Source: an uncultured Actinomycetes bacterium
GTDB taxonomy: Bacteria > Actinomycetota > Thermoleophilia > RBG-16-64-13
Assembly (NCBI GenBank): GCA_963814365.1
Contig: CAWFCL010000004.1
Span: forward strand, 1,504,576 to 1,568,575
Direction: 5' to 3'
Length of the DNA: 64,000 nt
This document shows, piece after piece, positions 10,183 to 20,381 of this stretch. A model generated the notes under the pieces. It made no database searches and had not been told where the DNA came from. It saw only the letters and a program-made list of their open reading frames with translations. Both the position numbers and the translations under genes were made by a program. Numbering within the stretch: position 1 is the first letter of the stretch; the number at the start of each line of letters is the position of its first letter.

Positions 10183-11428
10183 ATGGCGATCCGTCTGCAT
10201 GTTCCACAGAAGGGCCGCGCCCATGCACATGATCGAAAGTGGCAACGTAGCGGCGGCACTGGGTGTGAAGCTGGCCGGAGCGCAGGTCATCGCCGCCTAC
10301 CCCATCACCCCGCAGACGCCCCTCACGGAGAAGCTGTCGGAGCTCATCGAGTCCGGGGAGATGAAGGCCCAGTACATCCCGGTGGAGAGCGAACACTCCG
10401 CCCTCGCAGCCTGCATAGCAGCGAGCTCCACCGGCGCGCGCGCCTTCACCGCTACCAGCGCCAACGGCCTTCTGTACATGCACGAGCAGATCCACTGGGC
10501 CGCGGGCGCGCGCCTACCCATAGTGATGTGCGTCGCCAATCGAGCCGTCGGAGCCCCGTGGTGCATCTGGAACGACCATCAGGACTCCATATCCCAACGT
10601 GATACCGGCTGGATACAGATGTACGCCTGCGACCACCAGCAGATCATAGACAGCGTACTCAAAGCCTTTGCGCTGGCGGAGGCCGTCAGCGCTCCAGTCA
10701 TGGTCTGCTACGACGGCTATCTGCTTTCTCACACCTATATGCCCTTCGAAGTGCCGGACGAGAAGCAGGTGGCCGAGTTTCTGCCCCCCTTCAAGCCCGA
10801 CTATGCCTTGGATCCCGCGAACCCGGCCAACCTCAACACCGTCACGATGCCCGACGTCAGGGAGGATGTGAACGGCGAGTTGGCGCACGGCTACATGGAG
10901 ATCCGCTGTCTGCTTCAGGAAGACCTGCGCGAGGCCCTCGCCGTAGCGGAGAAGCAGGACGCCAAGTTCAAGAAGATCTTCGGACGAGGTGGCGACGCCC
11001 TGGTCTAGAGGCCATACCGTTGCGACGACGCCGATTACATCGTCGTGGGCATGGGCTCGATCACCTACCAGTTACGTGATGTGGCGGAGACGTTGCGGAC
11101 CGAGGGCCACAACGTCGGCGTGCTGGGCGTGCGGACTGTACCGGCCGTTCCCGGACGCAGCGTTGGCCGAGGCCCTGTGCGGTGCGCGCCAGGTGTTCGT
11201 CATCGAAAAGGCCGTCTCGTACGGCTTCAAAGGACCCTTGGCCTCCGATCTCAAAGCCGCCCTTGTACCAGAACTGCCCCGACCGTGGCGCCGCGCCCGA
11301 AGTCACGGGGTCTGACGGCCGGTATCGGAGGACGTGATGTCCGCACTGCCGACCTGACCGAGACACTGCGGGCTGGGATCAAGGGTGAACTACCCAGCGG
11401 TCCCGTCTGGATAGGAAGCAAGCTATGA
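10183..11428 (+). pseudogene. porA: 2-oxoacid:ferredoxin oxidoreductase alpha subunit, frameshifted
   Basis: The sequence IESGNVAAALGVKLAGAQVIAAYPITPQT...SEHSALAACIAAS is typical of the alpha subunit. The start lies somewhere in 10183-10229. At least 3 indels occur after 11000, and the fragments are 10989..11315 and 11045..11428. Confidence 0.8.
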
Positions 11429-12362
11429 CGGAAGCCACGCCACGCACGGGCGCCAAGACCACCATACTCACACTGCCCAAAGAGGAGTAGGTACACCCGG
11501 GCAATCGAGCCTGTACGGGCTGTGGTCTTTCCATAGCCTATCGCATCGGCCTGAAGGCATTGGGACCGGACACCATCCTTGTCGTACCTCCCAGTTGTCT
11601 GACGGTTCTACAGGGCTTGTTCCCAATGGCATCCACCAAACTGCCTTGTCTCAACGTCACTTTCGCCTCTACGGCCTCGGCGGCTACAGGTGTTACTAGA
11701 GGCGCTGAAAGCCCAAGGGCGTGATCACATCAAGGTGGCTGCTTGGGCCGGTGATGGAGGTACGTCGGACATCGGTATCCAGGCCCTCTCGGGAGCGGCC
11801 GAAAGAGGCGATGACTTCCTCTTCGTCTGCTACGACAACGAGGGCTACATGAACACTGGTGTCCAGCGCTCGGGCACCACCCCCCAGTGGGCCATCACCA
11901 CCACCACGCCGCTCAAGGGCAAACTCCAGCAGAAGAAGGATGTCCCGGCCATCATGGCCGCTCACGGTATCGACTACGTGGCCACGGCCTCTTCGGCGTA
12001 TCCACTCGACCTCTACGACAAGATCAAGAAGGCGCTGGGCCTGGGTGGCACCAAGTACATCCACATCCACACCCCGTGCCCGCCAGGATGGGGCTTCGAG
12101 CCTCGCTACAGCGTCAAACTGGGGCGACTGGCTGTGGAGACAGGCTACTTCGACCTCTACGAGGTCGAGCGAGGTGAGTTCCGACTCACCGGTGCGTCCG
12201 AGAAGCTCCTCGAGAAGCGCCAGTTGGTCCCCGTTGGCGACTACCTGCAGCCACAAGCACGTTTCAAGGGTCTCACGGAAGACCAGACTTGCCAACATTC
12301 AAGCTCAAGTTGAGCTTAAGTGGTCTGAGTACTACCGGATGGCCGATCAAGCCCAGAAGTAG
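11425..12362 (+). pseudogene. porB: 2-oxoacid:ferredoxin oxidoreductase beta subunit (TPP-binding), frameshifted
   Basis: The ATG overlaps the alpha-subunit stop (ATGA). It has the GDGGTSDIGIQALSGAAERGDDFLFVCYDNEGYMNTGVQRS TPP motif. Indels lie near 11490, 11690 and 12290, and the C-terminus continues in the frame of ORF 11859..12362. Confidence 0.8.
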
Positions 12363-12377
12363 ATCGAGGGGGTCACA

Positions 12378-14627
12378 TTGCCGCCCAAGACAGTCGACAG
12401 CGCGTCGAAGATCGATTGCCACGATGTGTCACGGCTGCGGCTCGTACAGGGGTCCGTGCGGCGTTCTGTGTCATGTAGAGGACGGCAAGTTCGTCCGAGT
12501 AGAGGGCAATCCGGCCGCTTTCAACAATGGGGTGGCCGGCTCAACGGCACTTTGCCCCAAGGCCTTCTCCGGTCCACAGTACGTCTATGCGGCCGACCGT
12601 TTGCAGTACCCGCTCAAGCAGGGTAGGCGCCAAGGGCGAAGGCAAGTTCGAGCGTATCACCTGGGACGAAGCTCTCGATACCATCGCTGCGAAACTCAAG
12701 GAGAGCAAGGACAAATACGGTCCCGAGGCCTTCGGAGTGCTATCGCCCGAGTACTGGCCGGTCCTCGGCATACTGGGACGCCGGTTCCTCAATGTATACG
12801 GAAGTCCCAACTACATGCACAGCGCCATCTGCGCGACCCCGCGCATGGCTACCGGCAGAGTCTCCGTGGGGTTCTTCAGCATGGGCCCAGGGCGACTGGA
12901 GCAAGACGAAGCTGTTCGTCAACTGGGGTGCGAACCCCGAGAACTCCGGGGTCAACAAGGGCACGGTCAGGAGCATCCTGGATGCGCTGGCTCAACGGCA
13001 TGCGATACGTGGACATCCGGCCCATGCTGGACCCACTCGGCACCAAGGCCGACACATGGCTCCCCATCCGCCCAGGCACCGATTGCGCATTGGCACTGGC
13101 GTTTCTGCATGTGATCATCGGTGAGCAGCTGTACGACAAGCACTTCGTCTCGGAGTGGTGCCACGGTTTCGACGAGCTTGCCGGGCACGTTAGACAGTTC
13201 ACCCCGGAATGGGCCGCTCCCATCACTGGTCTGTCAGTCGAACAGATTCGCGAGACTGCGAGACTCATCGCCGCCACACAGCCCACCTTCATCATGATGG
13301 GCAATGGCGTAGGCGACCAGACCACCGACGGAACCTCCACAGTGCAGGCCATCTCGCTGATCGCGGCGGTAACCGGCAATTTGGGGGTACCGGGCGGCAA
13401 CAACGCCCCTCCACCAGGCGCTGCCCTCTTTCCCCCGATGTCCAGATTGGAGGATTTGAGGCCTCCCGACATCGAGGACAAGCTCGTCGCTCCCGAGAGC
13501 CCGGTGTGGTACCAGAAGACCGGCTGGACTGAATGTGGACCCACCTCCGCCTACTACAAAGGAGTCATGAGCGTTCTGACAGGCGAACCCTATCCCCTGC
13601 GCGTCTTGGGCGCGGGCTACACCAACCCCCTTTCGGCCACCCGGAACCCCAGGAAGGTCGCCGAGGCCCTGCGCAAACTGGACTTCATGTTCGTCATGGA
13701 CGTCTCGCACGGACCCCACGTAGACTTTGCCGACATCGTGCTGCCAGCCTGCACCAGCTACGAACAAGATCTGTACTTCGGCAACAAGGGTACTCCTGAA
13801 GGCACCTGGGTGTGCGGATACAACCAAGTGGTCGAACCGCTGGGCGAATCGCAGGAGCGACTGGCGTTTCTACCTCGATCTAGCCGTCCGCCTGGGGTAC
13901 GCGGAGCACTTCTGGAACGGGGATTCCGAGGCCATGATGGACGAGATGCTGGCCCCCTATGGCCTCACGGCAGAGAAGTTGCGGCAGAACCCAGAAGGGA
14001 TACTCGTCAAGAGTCCGGTGACCCAGACACCTGCGCCGGCACCCCAATCCCAGCGTTGGGCCAGTCTGTTCAAAGACCTGCCCTCACGGTAAGGTCCAAT
14101 GCTACAACAAGTACACTGGAGGAAAGCCCAACAACGACGGTACAGGCCTTCTGCCCCACCTGCCTGTCTACCAAGGTCCGCCTGAGGGCTTGGCCGAGAC
14201 TCCCGAATTGGCCCAGGAGTTTCCTCTGATACTGAGCGACGTGCACGCCCACCGACTGTCTCACCACAGCTGGCTGCATAACTCCGCCTACCTTCGTGAG
14301 CTGCAGCCTTATCCTTGGCTCAAGGTGAATCCTGCCACCGCGAAGAAATACGGCATAGCCGACGGCGACTGGGTGAAAGTGGAGTCTCCGCACGGCTACT
14401 GCAAGCTGCACGCTCAGTACTTCGAAGCTATCTCTCCTGAGGTGCTCATGGCCAAGCGAGGCTGGTGGCAGGCGTGTGAGGAGCTCGGGCTGGCAGGCCA
14501 CGACTACGGAGACGGGGGCGCAGAGGTCAACAACCTCTACTCCTCGGATGAGAGTCTGTTTGACAAGTTCTTCTCGCAGATGCCTAAACAGACACTGGTC
14601 AAGATCAGCCGCTGGGGGGAGGACTAG
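12378..14627 (+). pseudogene. molybdopterin (bis-MGD) oxidoreductase catalytic subunit, DMSO-reductase family, frameshifted
   Basis: It has an N-terminal Fe-S Cys cluster (MCHGCGSYRGPCGVLCHVEDGKFVRVEGNP...ALCPKAF), MGD-binding segments (FERITWDEALD, LPIRPGTDCALA, VLPACTSYEQD) and a C-terminal beta-barrel (ORF 14190..14627). At least 6 frame changes are needed. No twin-arginine signal is present. Confidence 0.8.
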
Positions 14628-14629
14628 CC

Positions 14630-15085
14630 ATGCCGGATGGATATGCTTTCGCCCACGATCCCAAGCGTTGCGTCAAGTGCTACACGTGCGAACTAGCCTG
14701 CAAGCAGTGGAAAGGCATCCCCGCGGGCACCTTCAAGCTGCGTAAGGTGTACGAGACCAGCTGTGGCACGTTCCCCGACGTCACCCGGACCTTCCATTCG
14801 GTGGCCTGCCAACATTGCCCGGATGCTCCGTGCGTACCGGCTTGTCCGACCGGGGCCATCGAAAGACGTGAGTCCGACGGCATAGTGGTGGTTGAAGCCG
14901 CCAAGTGTGACGGATGTCGCGAGTGCGTGGACGCCTGCCCCTTCGACGTGACCGACTTTCGACAGCGACGGAGTCATGCAGCTCTGCGACTTGTGTGCGG
15001 ACCGACTGGCTACAGGCAAGGGTCCATTCTGCGTCGAAGTCTGCCCGACAGGAGCGCTGCGCTTCTTGAGAGGTTCCAGCACCTA
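14630..15085 (+). CDS. 4Fe-4S dicluster electron-transfer subunit (DmsB/PsrB-like, short)
   Basis: It starts 2 nt after the catalytic-subunit stop. Motifs are CVKCYTCELAC, CQHCPDAPC and CDGCRECVDACP. One frameshift near 14950 restores the alternate-frame tail ...MQLCDLCADRLATGKGPFCVEVCPTGAL. Confidence 0.8.
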
Positions 15086-15112
15086 GACCCAATGCCGGGA
15101 CGCACGCTTGCT

Positions 15113-15546
15113 GCTACTTGTCGCGGGGAATGAGAAGCTCCCCGGCCCCCTGTATGACGGTGCTCCCCGTCCTGGTTCGTCCAAGTCGAGGTTATCAGCA
15201 ACCGACACTTATCGTTCACCTTGCCGGTCACCTCTGACGTCACTGTGATCTCGTCCCCGATTCTTACAGGTGACTTGAACGAGACCTCTTGCGACACATG
15301 GACAGCACCTTCCCCTCCAAGTTCAGAGAGAGTCTGAGTCACCAGACCGGCCACGAGCATCCCGTGCGCTATGCGTCCTTTCCATCGAGTGCCTCGGCGA
15401 ACTCCTCGTCCACGTGGATAGGGTTGTAGTCGCCAGAGAACGTCGCGCGAACGCGTCCACGTCGGCCGCCGTGATGGTGCGACTGGCACTGGCCCGGTCT
15501 CCGATCTTGATGTCTTCGTATGTCCGCTTGACGCTCAGATCACCTC
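15113..15546 (-). pseudogene. MaoC-like (R)-specific enoyl-CoA hydratase / hot-dog dehydratase, frameshifted
   Basis: The stitched product contains ...FARVSGDYNPIHVDEEFA...IAHGMLVAGLVTQ...ITVTSEVTG, the MaoC hydratase motif. It spans ORFs 15323..15823 (tail) and 15010..15489. The start codon is not resolved. Confidence 0.7.
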
Positions 15547-15578
15547 TCCTTGCGACGATTGCAGACTCACAGCATAGC

Positions 15579-15613
15579 AGAGGGGTAGCACATGACTCTT
15601 GTGCTACCCCTCT
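15579..15613 (-). terminator. GC-rich hairpin at the 3' end of a lipoprotein gene
   Basis: A perfect 13-bp stem (AGAGGGGTAGCAC / GTGCTACCCCTCT) with a 9-nt loop. There is no U-tract. The stitched stop codon of the upstream gene lies in the stem. Confidence 0.4.
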
Positions 15614-16181
15614 CGCTGGCCGTGTAACTCCTGGCAGCGCAGGATGTCTTCGGCAGACCTGGCTACTTGACCACCATCGTGCCCGATCATCTGATCGTCG
15701 GGAATCGTGTTGTTGTCGGCGTCGTTCATGAGGATCTCGTAAGCAGGCCTCGAACTGGTTGAGCGAGACCGTACCCGGTGACCTCCACTGTCTTACCCAC
15801 CAGGTCGCTGACCATGCTTTCATAGTCAGCCGCGTACGCAGGCCACGCGCCAGTGTCTGGATCGAGCACGAAGGTTATGTTGAAGTGAGCCTGCGTCGAG
15901 TCGCCACCCAGGCGAACGAGATACTTGCCTATCCCCTTCTCTTCGTACAAGTTGTCGATCGCGACTACCGTTCCGGTGATGGTCACCTCTTCCGCTTCGT
16001 AGTCAACCGCCTCGAGTCCAGTCGATCGGGCCACCCGTTGCCTCGGCCGCGGTGTCCTCAGTCGCTTCGGCCGTAGTCGCGGTCGTCTCTTCCGTGTCTG
16101 TGGCTTCGTCGCCACATGCGACCAGGGCAAAGGCCATACACAAGCATCAGACCCAGACAACAGAGCGATTGCCTTTTTCAT
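15604..16181 (-). pseudogene. hypothetical secreted lipoprotein (OB-fold-like C-terminus), frameshifted
   Basis: The sequence begins MKK, followed by a signal peptide; a lipobox (LVACGDEATDTEE) is visible only after frame correction. The C-terminus KTVEVTG... is paralogous to the divergent gene at 16413..16944. At least 3 indels are present. Confidence 0.5.
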
Positions 16182-16412
16182 CTACCTGCCCCTCCTCTTC
16201 TTGTTCGACAGCACCAAACTCGCGCGTGGCTCAACCAACCTGAAACCAGGAGCTTGCTGCCAGCATAGCCCGTGCCCATGCGGCTGAGTACCCGAGGGTG
16301 TATACACCAAAGTTTCGCGGACGAACATCAGTTCTCGGTATAAAGGATGAGAGCAGAGTCGAGAGTCCTGCTCGATCGCTTGTTCTTGCCAGCGTCAAAG
16401 GAGGGGTACGTA

Positions 16413-16944
16413 ATGAAAAAGCTGTTCGTTGTCCTGTTGGCAGTCCTTGTTCTAGGCAGTGTTGCCATGGTCGCTATAGCCTGCGGCGAGGAGGAGACCA
16501 CAGAGACTCAAGCAACCGAAGAGACAACGGCTCCCTCAGAAGTCACCACCACCGAGGCCGCGTCCACCGCCCTCACACCGGCCGAGGTCTTGGCGATCGG
16601 TGAGCAGGTCGTCGCCGACTATACCGCAGCCGGAGAAGACGCTGTATGAGCCGAATACAGCGGCGGAGAAGCAACCTTCGGCGGACCGGTGCTTCAAGAT
16701 CAGCGAGAAGGCCGACAAGTACATCATCTCTATCGGCGACGAGACCACGAGCTTCCCCTGTGCGCTGTACAAAACCGACATGGAGAAGTTCGGAGTTACA
16801 CGCGGACCTCCTCAACGCGTGGGTGGGCAGAACGTCGAGATCACGGGCGAGGTGGTCCTGAACCCGTTCGGTTCTGCCTCCGAGATCGTGCTTAGCGACC
16901 CCGCACAGCTGGTATCAAGTAGTCTGCCAGTCCTCACCTCGTGA
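16413..16944 (+). CDS. hypothetical secreted lipoprotein (paralogue of 15604..16181), one frameshift
   Basis: The RBS AAGGAGG precedes ATG 16413. It has a signal peptide with lipobox (VAIACGEEE) and a Thr/Glu-rich linker. The frame changes near 16645 into ORF 16600..16944 (...QNVEITGEVVLNPF...). Confidence 0.5.
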
Positions 16945-16964
16945 CTCCGTAGCGCAGTCATGCG

Positions 16965-16998
16965 AGGGGCGCAGCGCCAGTAATGGCGCTGCGCCCCT
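16965..16998. terminator. bidirectional intrinsic-terminator-like hairpin
   Basis: A perfect 14-bp stem (AGGGGCGCAGCGCC / GGCGCTGCGCCCCT) with a 6-nt loop. It sits between the convergent genes 16413..16944 (+) and araD (-). Confidence 0.55.
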
Positions 16999-17024
16999 GT
17001 CCGTTTCTGGGGTGTTTGCCCTAC

Positions 17025-17711
17025 CTACTGCCCGTAGTAGGCGCCCGGCCCGTGTTTGCGCAAGTAGTGCTTGTCGAGCAGACTCTGCTTCATCGGGGGG
17101 ATGTCGGGTTCCAGCGATATCGTGTGCCAGGCCATGAAGGCGATCTCTTCGAGCATCACGGCAAGCTCTACAGCCGTCGAGGCGTCCGCGGCCCAGCAGA
17201 ATGCTCCGTGTCCGTGCACCACTGTGGCCGGGACCTGTGCGTAGTCTATGTCGCGAAACCGTTCCGCTATCACCCTGCCCGTGTTCTTCTCGTAGTCCGT
17301 GCCGATCTCGTCGTCGGTCATCGGCCGCGTGCAGGGGATCTCTCCGTAGAAGTAATCCGCGTGTGTCGTGCCGAGTGCCGGGATACCCCGCCCGCCTGGG
17401 CAAAGACCGTAGCCCAACGCGAGTGTGTGTGTACGATGCCGCCTATCTCGGGGAACGCTCTGTACAGCTCAAGATGGGTCGGAGAGTCCGACGAGGGCTT
17501 CAGCTCACCCTCGACCACCGCGCCGTCCAGGGAGACGAGGACGATATCCTTGGCCGACATCTCGGCGTAGTCGACACCTGAGGGCTTGATAGCCATCAGA
17601 CCGCGTTCCCTGTCTATGCCCGACACGTTGCCCCAGGTGAACGTCACCAGCCCATGCTTGGGCAGCATCAGATTCGCCTCGAAGGACTTGGTCTTTCAGC
17701 TCGTCGAGCAC
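17025..17711 (-). pseudogene. araD: L-ribulose-5-phosphate 4-epimerase, frameshifted
   Basis: Stitched from ORFs 17505..17711, 17318..17668 and 17025..17417. It contains [20 protein letters not shown]...GGIVHTHS...[15 protein letters not shown]...VVHGHGAF, the class II aldolase/AraD signature. Confidence 0.88.
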
Positions 17712-17727
17712 TCTACCGACCCCTCAT

Positions 17728-19222
17728 CTACAGACCCCTCAGCTTCCACAACACATCGGCCAATTCCAGCCGGCTCTTCAACTCGTCACTGCGCGTCTCC
17801 GCGCCTAGGTGGACACTCTCGATACCCATCATTTCGGCCCAATCCGTCATCATCCTCGCGCTCGCTGCGTAGGTGAGCACGTGTGGTGCGCCCCACCCGC
17901 TAGTATCCATTGGCGGATACCCTCGGCCAACCCCACCTTCGGTCGCCACATCACCCGCGCCACCGGGAGATTGGGCATGTCGAAGATGGGTTCCACGCAC
18001 TCCACTTCCTGCAAGATCAGACGCAGCCGGCCACCCATGTCTATCAGCGATATCGCTACCGCGTCGCCCGCCTGCCCGCCGAACACCAGTCTGGCAGGCG
18101 CATCCTTGCCCCCGATGCCAAGCTCGTGGACCTCGATACGCACCTCGCCCGAGGCGATGCTGGGACAGACCTCCAGCATGTGCGCCCCCAGCACGTATTC
18201 GTTGCCCGGTTCGAAGTGATACGTGTAGTCCTCCATGAAGCTGGTGCCGCCCTGCAACCCCCGGGTCATCGCCTTGACGATGTGGGTCATGGCCGCGGTC
18301 TTCCAGTCGCCCTCGGCACCGTACCCGTAGCCCTTCGCCATCAGGTGCTGTGTCGCCAGTCCGGGCAGTTGTTCCATGCCCCAGAGATCCTCGAAGGTGT
18401 TGGTGTAGGCTCCGGCTCCCTCGCGCGCGAGCATGCGCTCCATGGCTATCTCTTGCTCTGGCCTGATAGCGGACCGCCGCCACCTCGTCGGTAGCCAGAA
18501 CGTACTGCGCGCGATACTCCGCGACCAGTTCGTCGGCTTCGGCGTCGGTGACCCTGGTGATCTCATCGGCCAACTCGCCCACCGGCCAAGTGTTCACCTG
18601 CCAGCCGAGCTTGATCTGAGCCTCCACCTTGTCACCTTCGGTGACCGCCACCTCCCGCATGTTGTCGCCGAAACGCACCACACGCAGATCGCGACTCACC
18701 GCGTAGCCGACCGCCGCGCGCATCCACTCGCCCAGCTCCCGCAGAGGCTCCTCGTCCTGCCAGTAACCGACCACCAGCTTGCGGGGCAGCCGCAGTGCGG
18801 GCGCCGATGAACCCGTGCTCCCGGTCGCCATGCGCCGCTTGATTGAGGTTCATGAAGTCCATGTCGATCTCCTTGGCGGGGATCGACCTGTTGTACTGCG
18901 TGGCGAAGTGGCACCAGGGCTTCTGCAGCAGCGTGAGACCGTTGATCCACATCTTGCTGGGCGAGAACGTGTGGGCCCAGGTCACCAGCCCGCAGCAATC
19001 TTGCGAGTGATTGGCCTCACGCACAAGTCCTGTGGCTTCGTCGGCCGACTTCACGGTCCCTTTGTAGACGAACCGACAGGGGATATCCGGGTGCCCATCG
19101 ATGAACGCGGCCATCTCCGCACCCCGAGACGCCACTGTCTCCAACACCTCAGCTCCATACATGGCCTGTGAGGCGACCACAAACCATATCTCGCGATCCT
19201 TCATGTTTTTTATGTCGCTCAA
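17728..19222 (-). pseudogene. araA: L-arabinose isomerase, frameshifted
   Basis: The N-terminus is in ORF 18632..19222 (REIWFVVASQAMYG...LNQAAHGDREHGF). The middle and C-terminus are in 17728..18831 and 17850..18566 (...GAEGDWKTAAM...FMEDYTYHF...). At least 3 indels are present. Confidence 0.9.
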
Positions 19223-19252
19223 CCCAGGCTCCTAGAGTACGTTTACACCTGT

Positions 19253-19272
19253 GGATGTTTGCGCTAACATCC
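19253..19272. promoter_or_regulatory. candidate LacI-family operator in the araA/araR divergent region
   Basis: GGATGTTTGCGCTAACATCC is a 20-bp palindrome with 9 of 10 pairs matched. Its core ATGTTnGCGCTAACAT resembles the TGTnAGCGCTnACA type of LacI-family sites. It lies 31 nt upstream of araA and is nested inside a longer imperfect inverted repeat (19231-19294). Confidence 0.45.
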
Positions 19273-19375
19273 TTGTGGTGTCCGAACTCTAGGCTAGAGT
19301 CACGGCAAAGTCAACCGCGTGCACGGCTCTTGGCAAGGAGAGGCAGTGTCCGATAGCGAGCGCCGACGCCCCACC

Positions 19376-20381
19376 ATGGCCGATGTGGCCGCCGTGGCGG
19401 GGGTGTCTCACCAGACCGTATCCAGAGTACTGAACGATCTCCCGGTCGTGAGGCAGGACACCCGAGACAGAGTGCTCGCGGCCGCTGAGGAGTTGGGCTA
19501 CCGCCGCAATATCCTCGCCCGGGCACTCGCGACCAAGCGGACTCGACTGCTGGGAGTCGTCGCCCTTGGTACGGCCTGGTACGGGCCGGCTTCCACCTTG
19601 CTGGGCATTCAAGAGGCGGCGCGGGACGACAAGTACTTCGTCACGGTCACCGCCCTGGAATCACTCAGCGAAGAATCCCTTATCCAAGCAGTGGACGTCC
19701 TGAGCGGGTATTCGCCGGATGGCTACATCGTCATCACGCTGGGTCAGAGCGTGTCACACGTGCTACAGCGCATGTCCGTTGACGCACCCATGGTCACCGT
19801 GGGCAGTGAGCAAGGCACCCCGGACATGCCGTCCGTCGGCATCGACCAAGAGATGGGGGCTCGCCTAGCCACTGAGCACCTGTTGGGGCTCGGCCACCAG
19901 ACGGTGCACCAGCTCGCCGGACCCGAGACGTGGCTCGAGGCGGAGGCCAGGATGCGTGGTTGGCGCGTTTGCCTTCAAGAAGCCGGGGCACCGGTGCCAC
20001 CTGTAGTCCGCGGCGACTGGAGCGCGGCTTCCGGGTATCGGGCGGCCACTGAGCTTCTAGCAAAGGCCGGAGGTGACAGCAGTCTTCGCGGCCAACGATC
20101 ACATGGCTCTCGGCTTGCTCGCGGCATGCCGCGACGCAGGCGTCCGAGTCCCCGAAGATCTGAGCGTGGTAGGTTTTGACGCCACCCCACAGTCCGAGTT
20201 CTTCGCGCCACCACTGACGACTGTGCTCCAGGACTTCCAGAACATGGGACGGACAAGCATCCGGGTACTGCTCAACATGGTCGAGGACCGAGAGGCGCCC
20301 AGGGCCCGTTCCATCGTCACGCCTACCCTGGTGGTGCGTTCGAGCACCGCCAGACCTCACCAAAGGAGACTGAAGACATGA
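19376..20381 (+). CDS. LacI-family transcriptional regulator (probable arabinose regulator), one frameshift
   Basis: It has an HTH (MADVAAVAGVSHQTVSRVLN) and a periplasmic-binding-like effector domain. The frame changes near 20070 into ORF 20073..20381 (AVFAANDHMALGLL...). The stop overlaps the araB start. Confidence 0.85.

Noticed and set aside
9572-11008. A 478-aa ORF that could be read as one large protein.
   Set aside because: It is chimeric. Its first about 100 aa are an out-of-frame read of the porC 3' region. It then covers the in-frame porD and most of porA, and it ends prematurely at an indel.
12289-14229. A 646-aa ORF taken at face value as the Mo-enzyme gene.
   Set aside because: Only parts of it are in the true frame. 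Long Arg/Pro/Gly-rich stretches are out-of-frame reads, and the conserved segments are distributed over at least four ORF-track entries.
12378-14627. In-frame TGA codons in the molybdoenzyme as selenocysteine recoding.
   Set aside because: The interruptions behave as frame changes, because the conserved sequence resumes in another frame. They are not single in-frame stops. The predicted ligand region reads SAICATP with a Cys, and no SECIS-like hairpin was seen.
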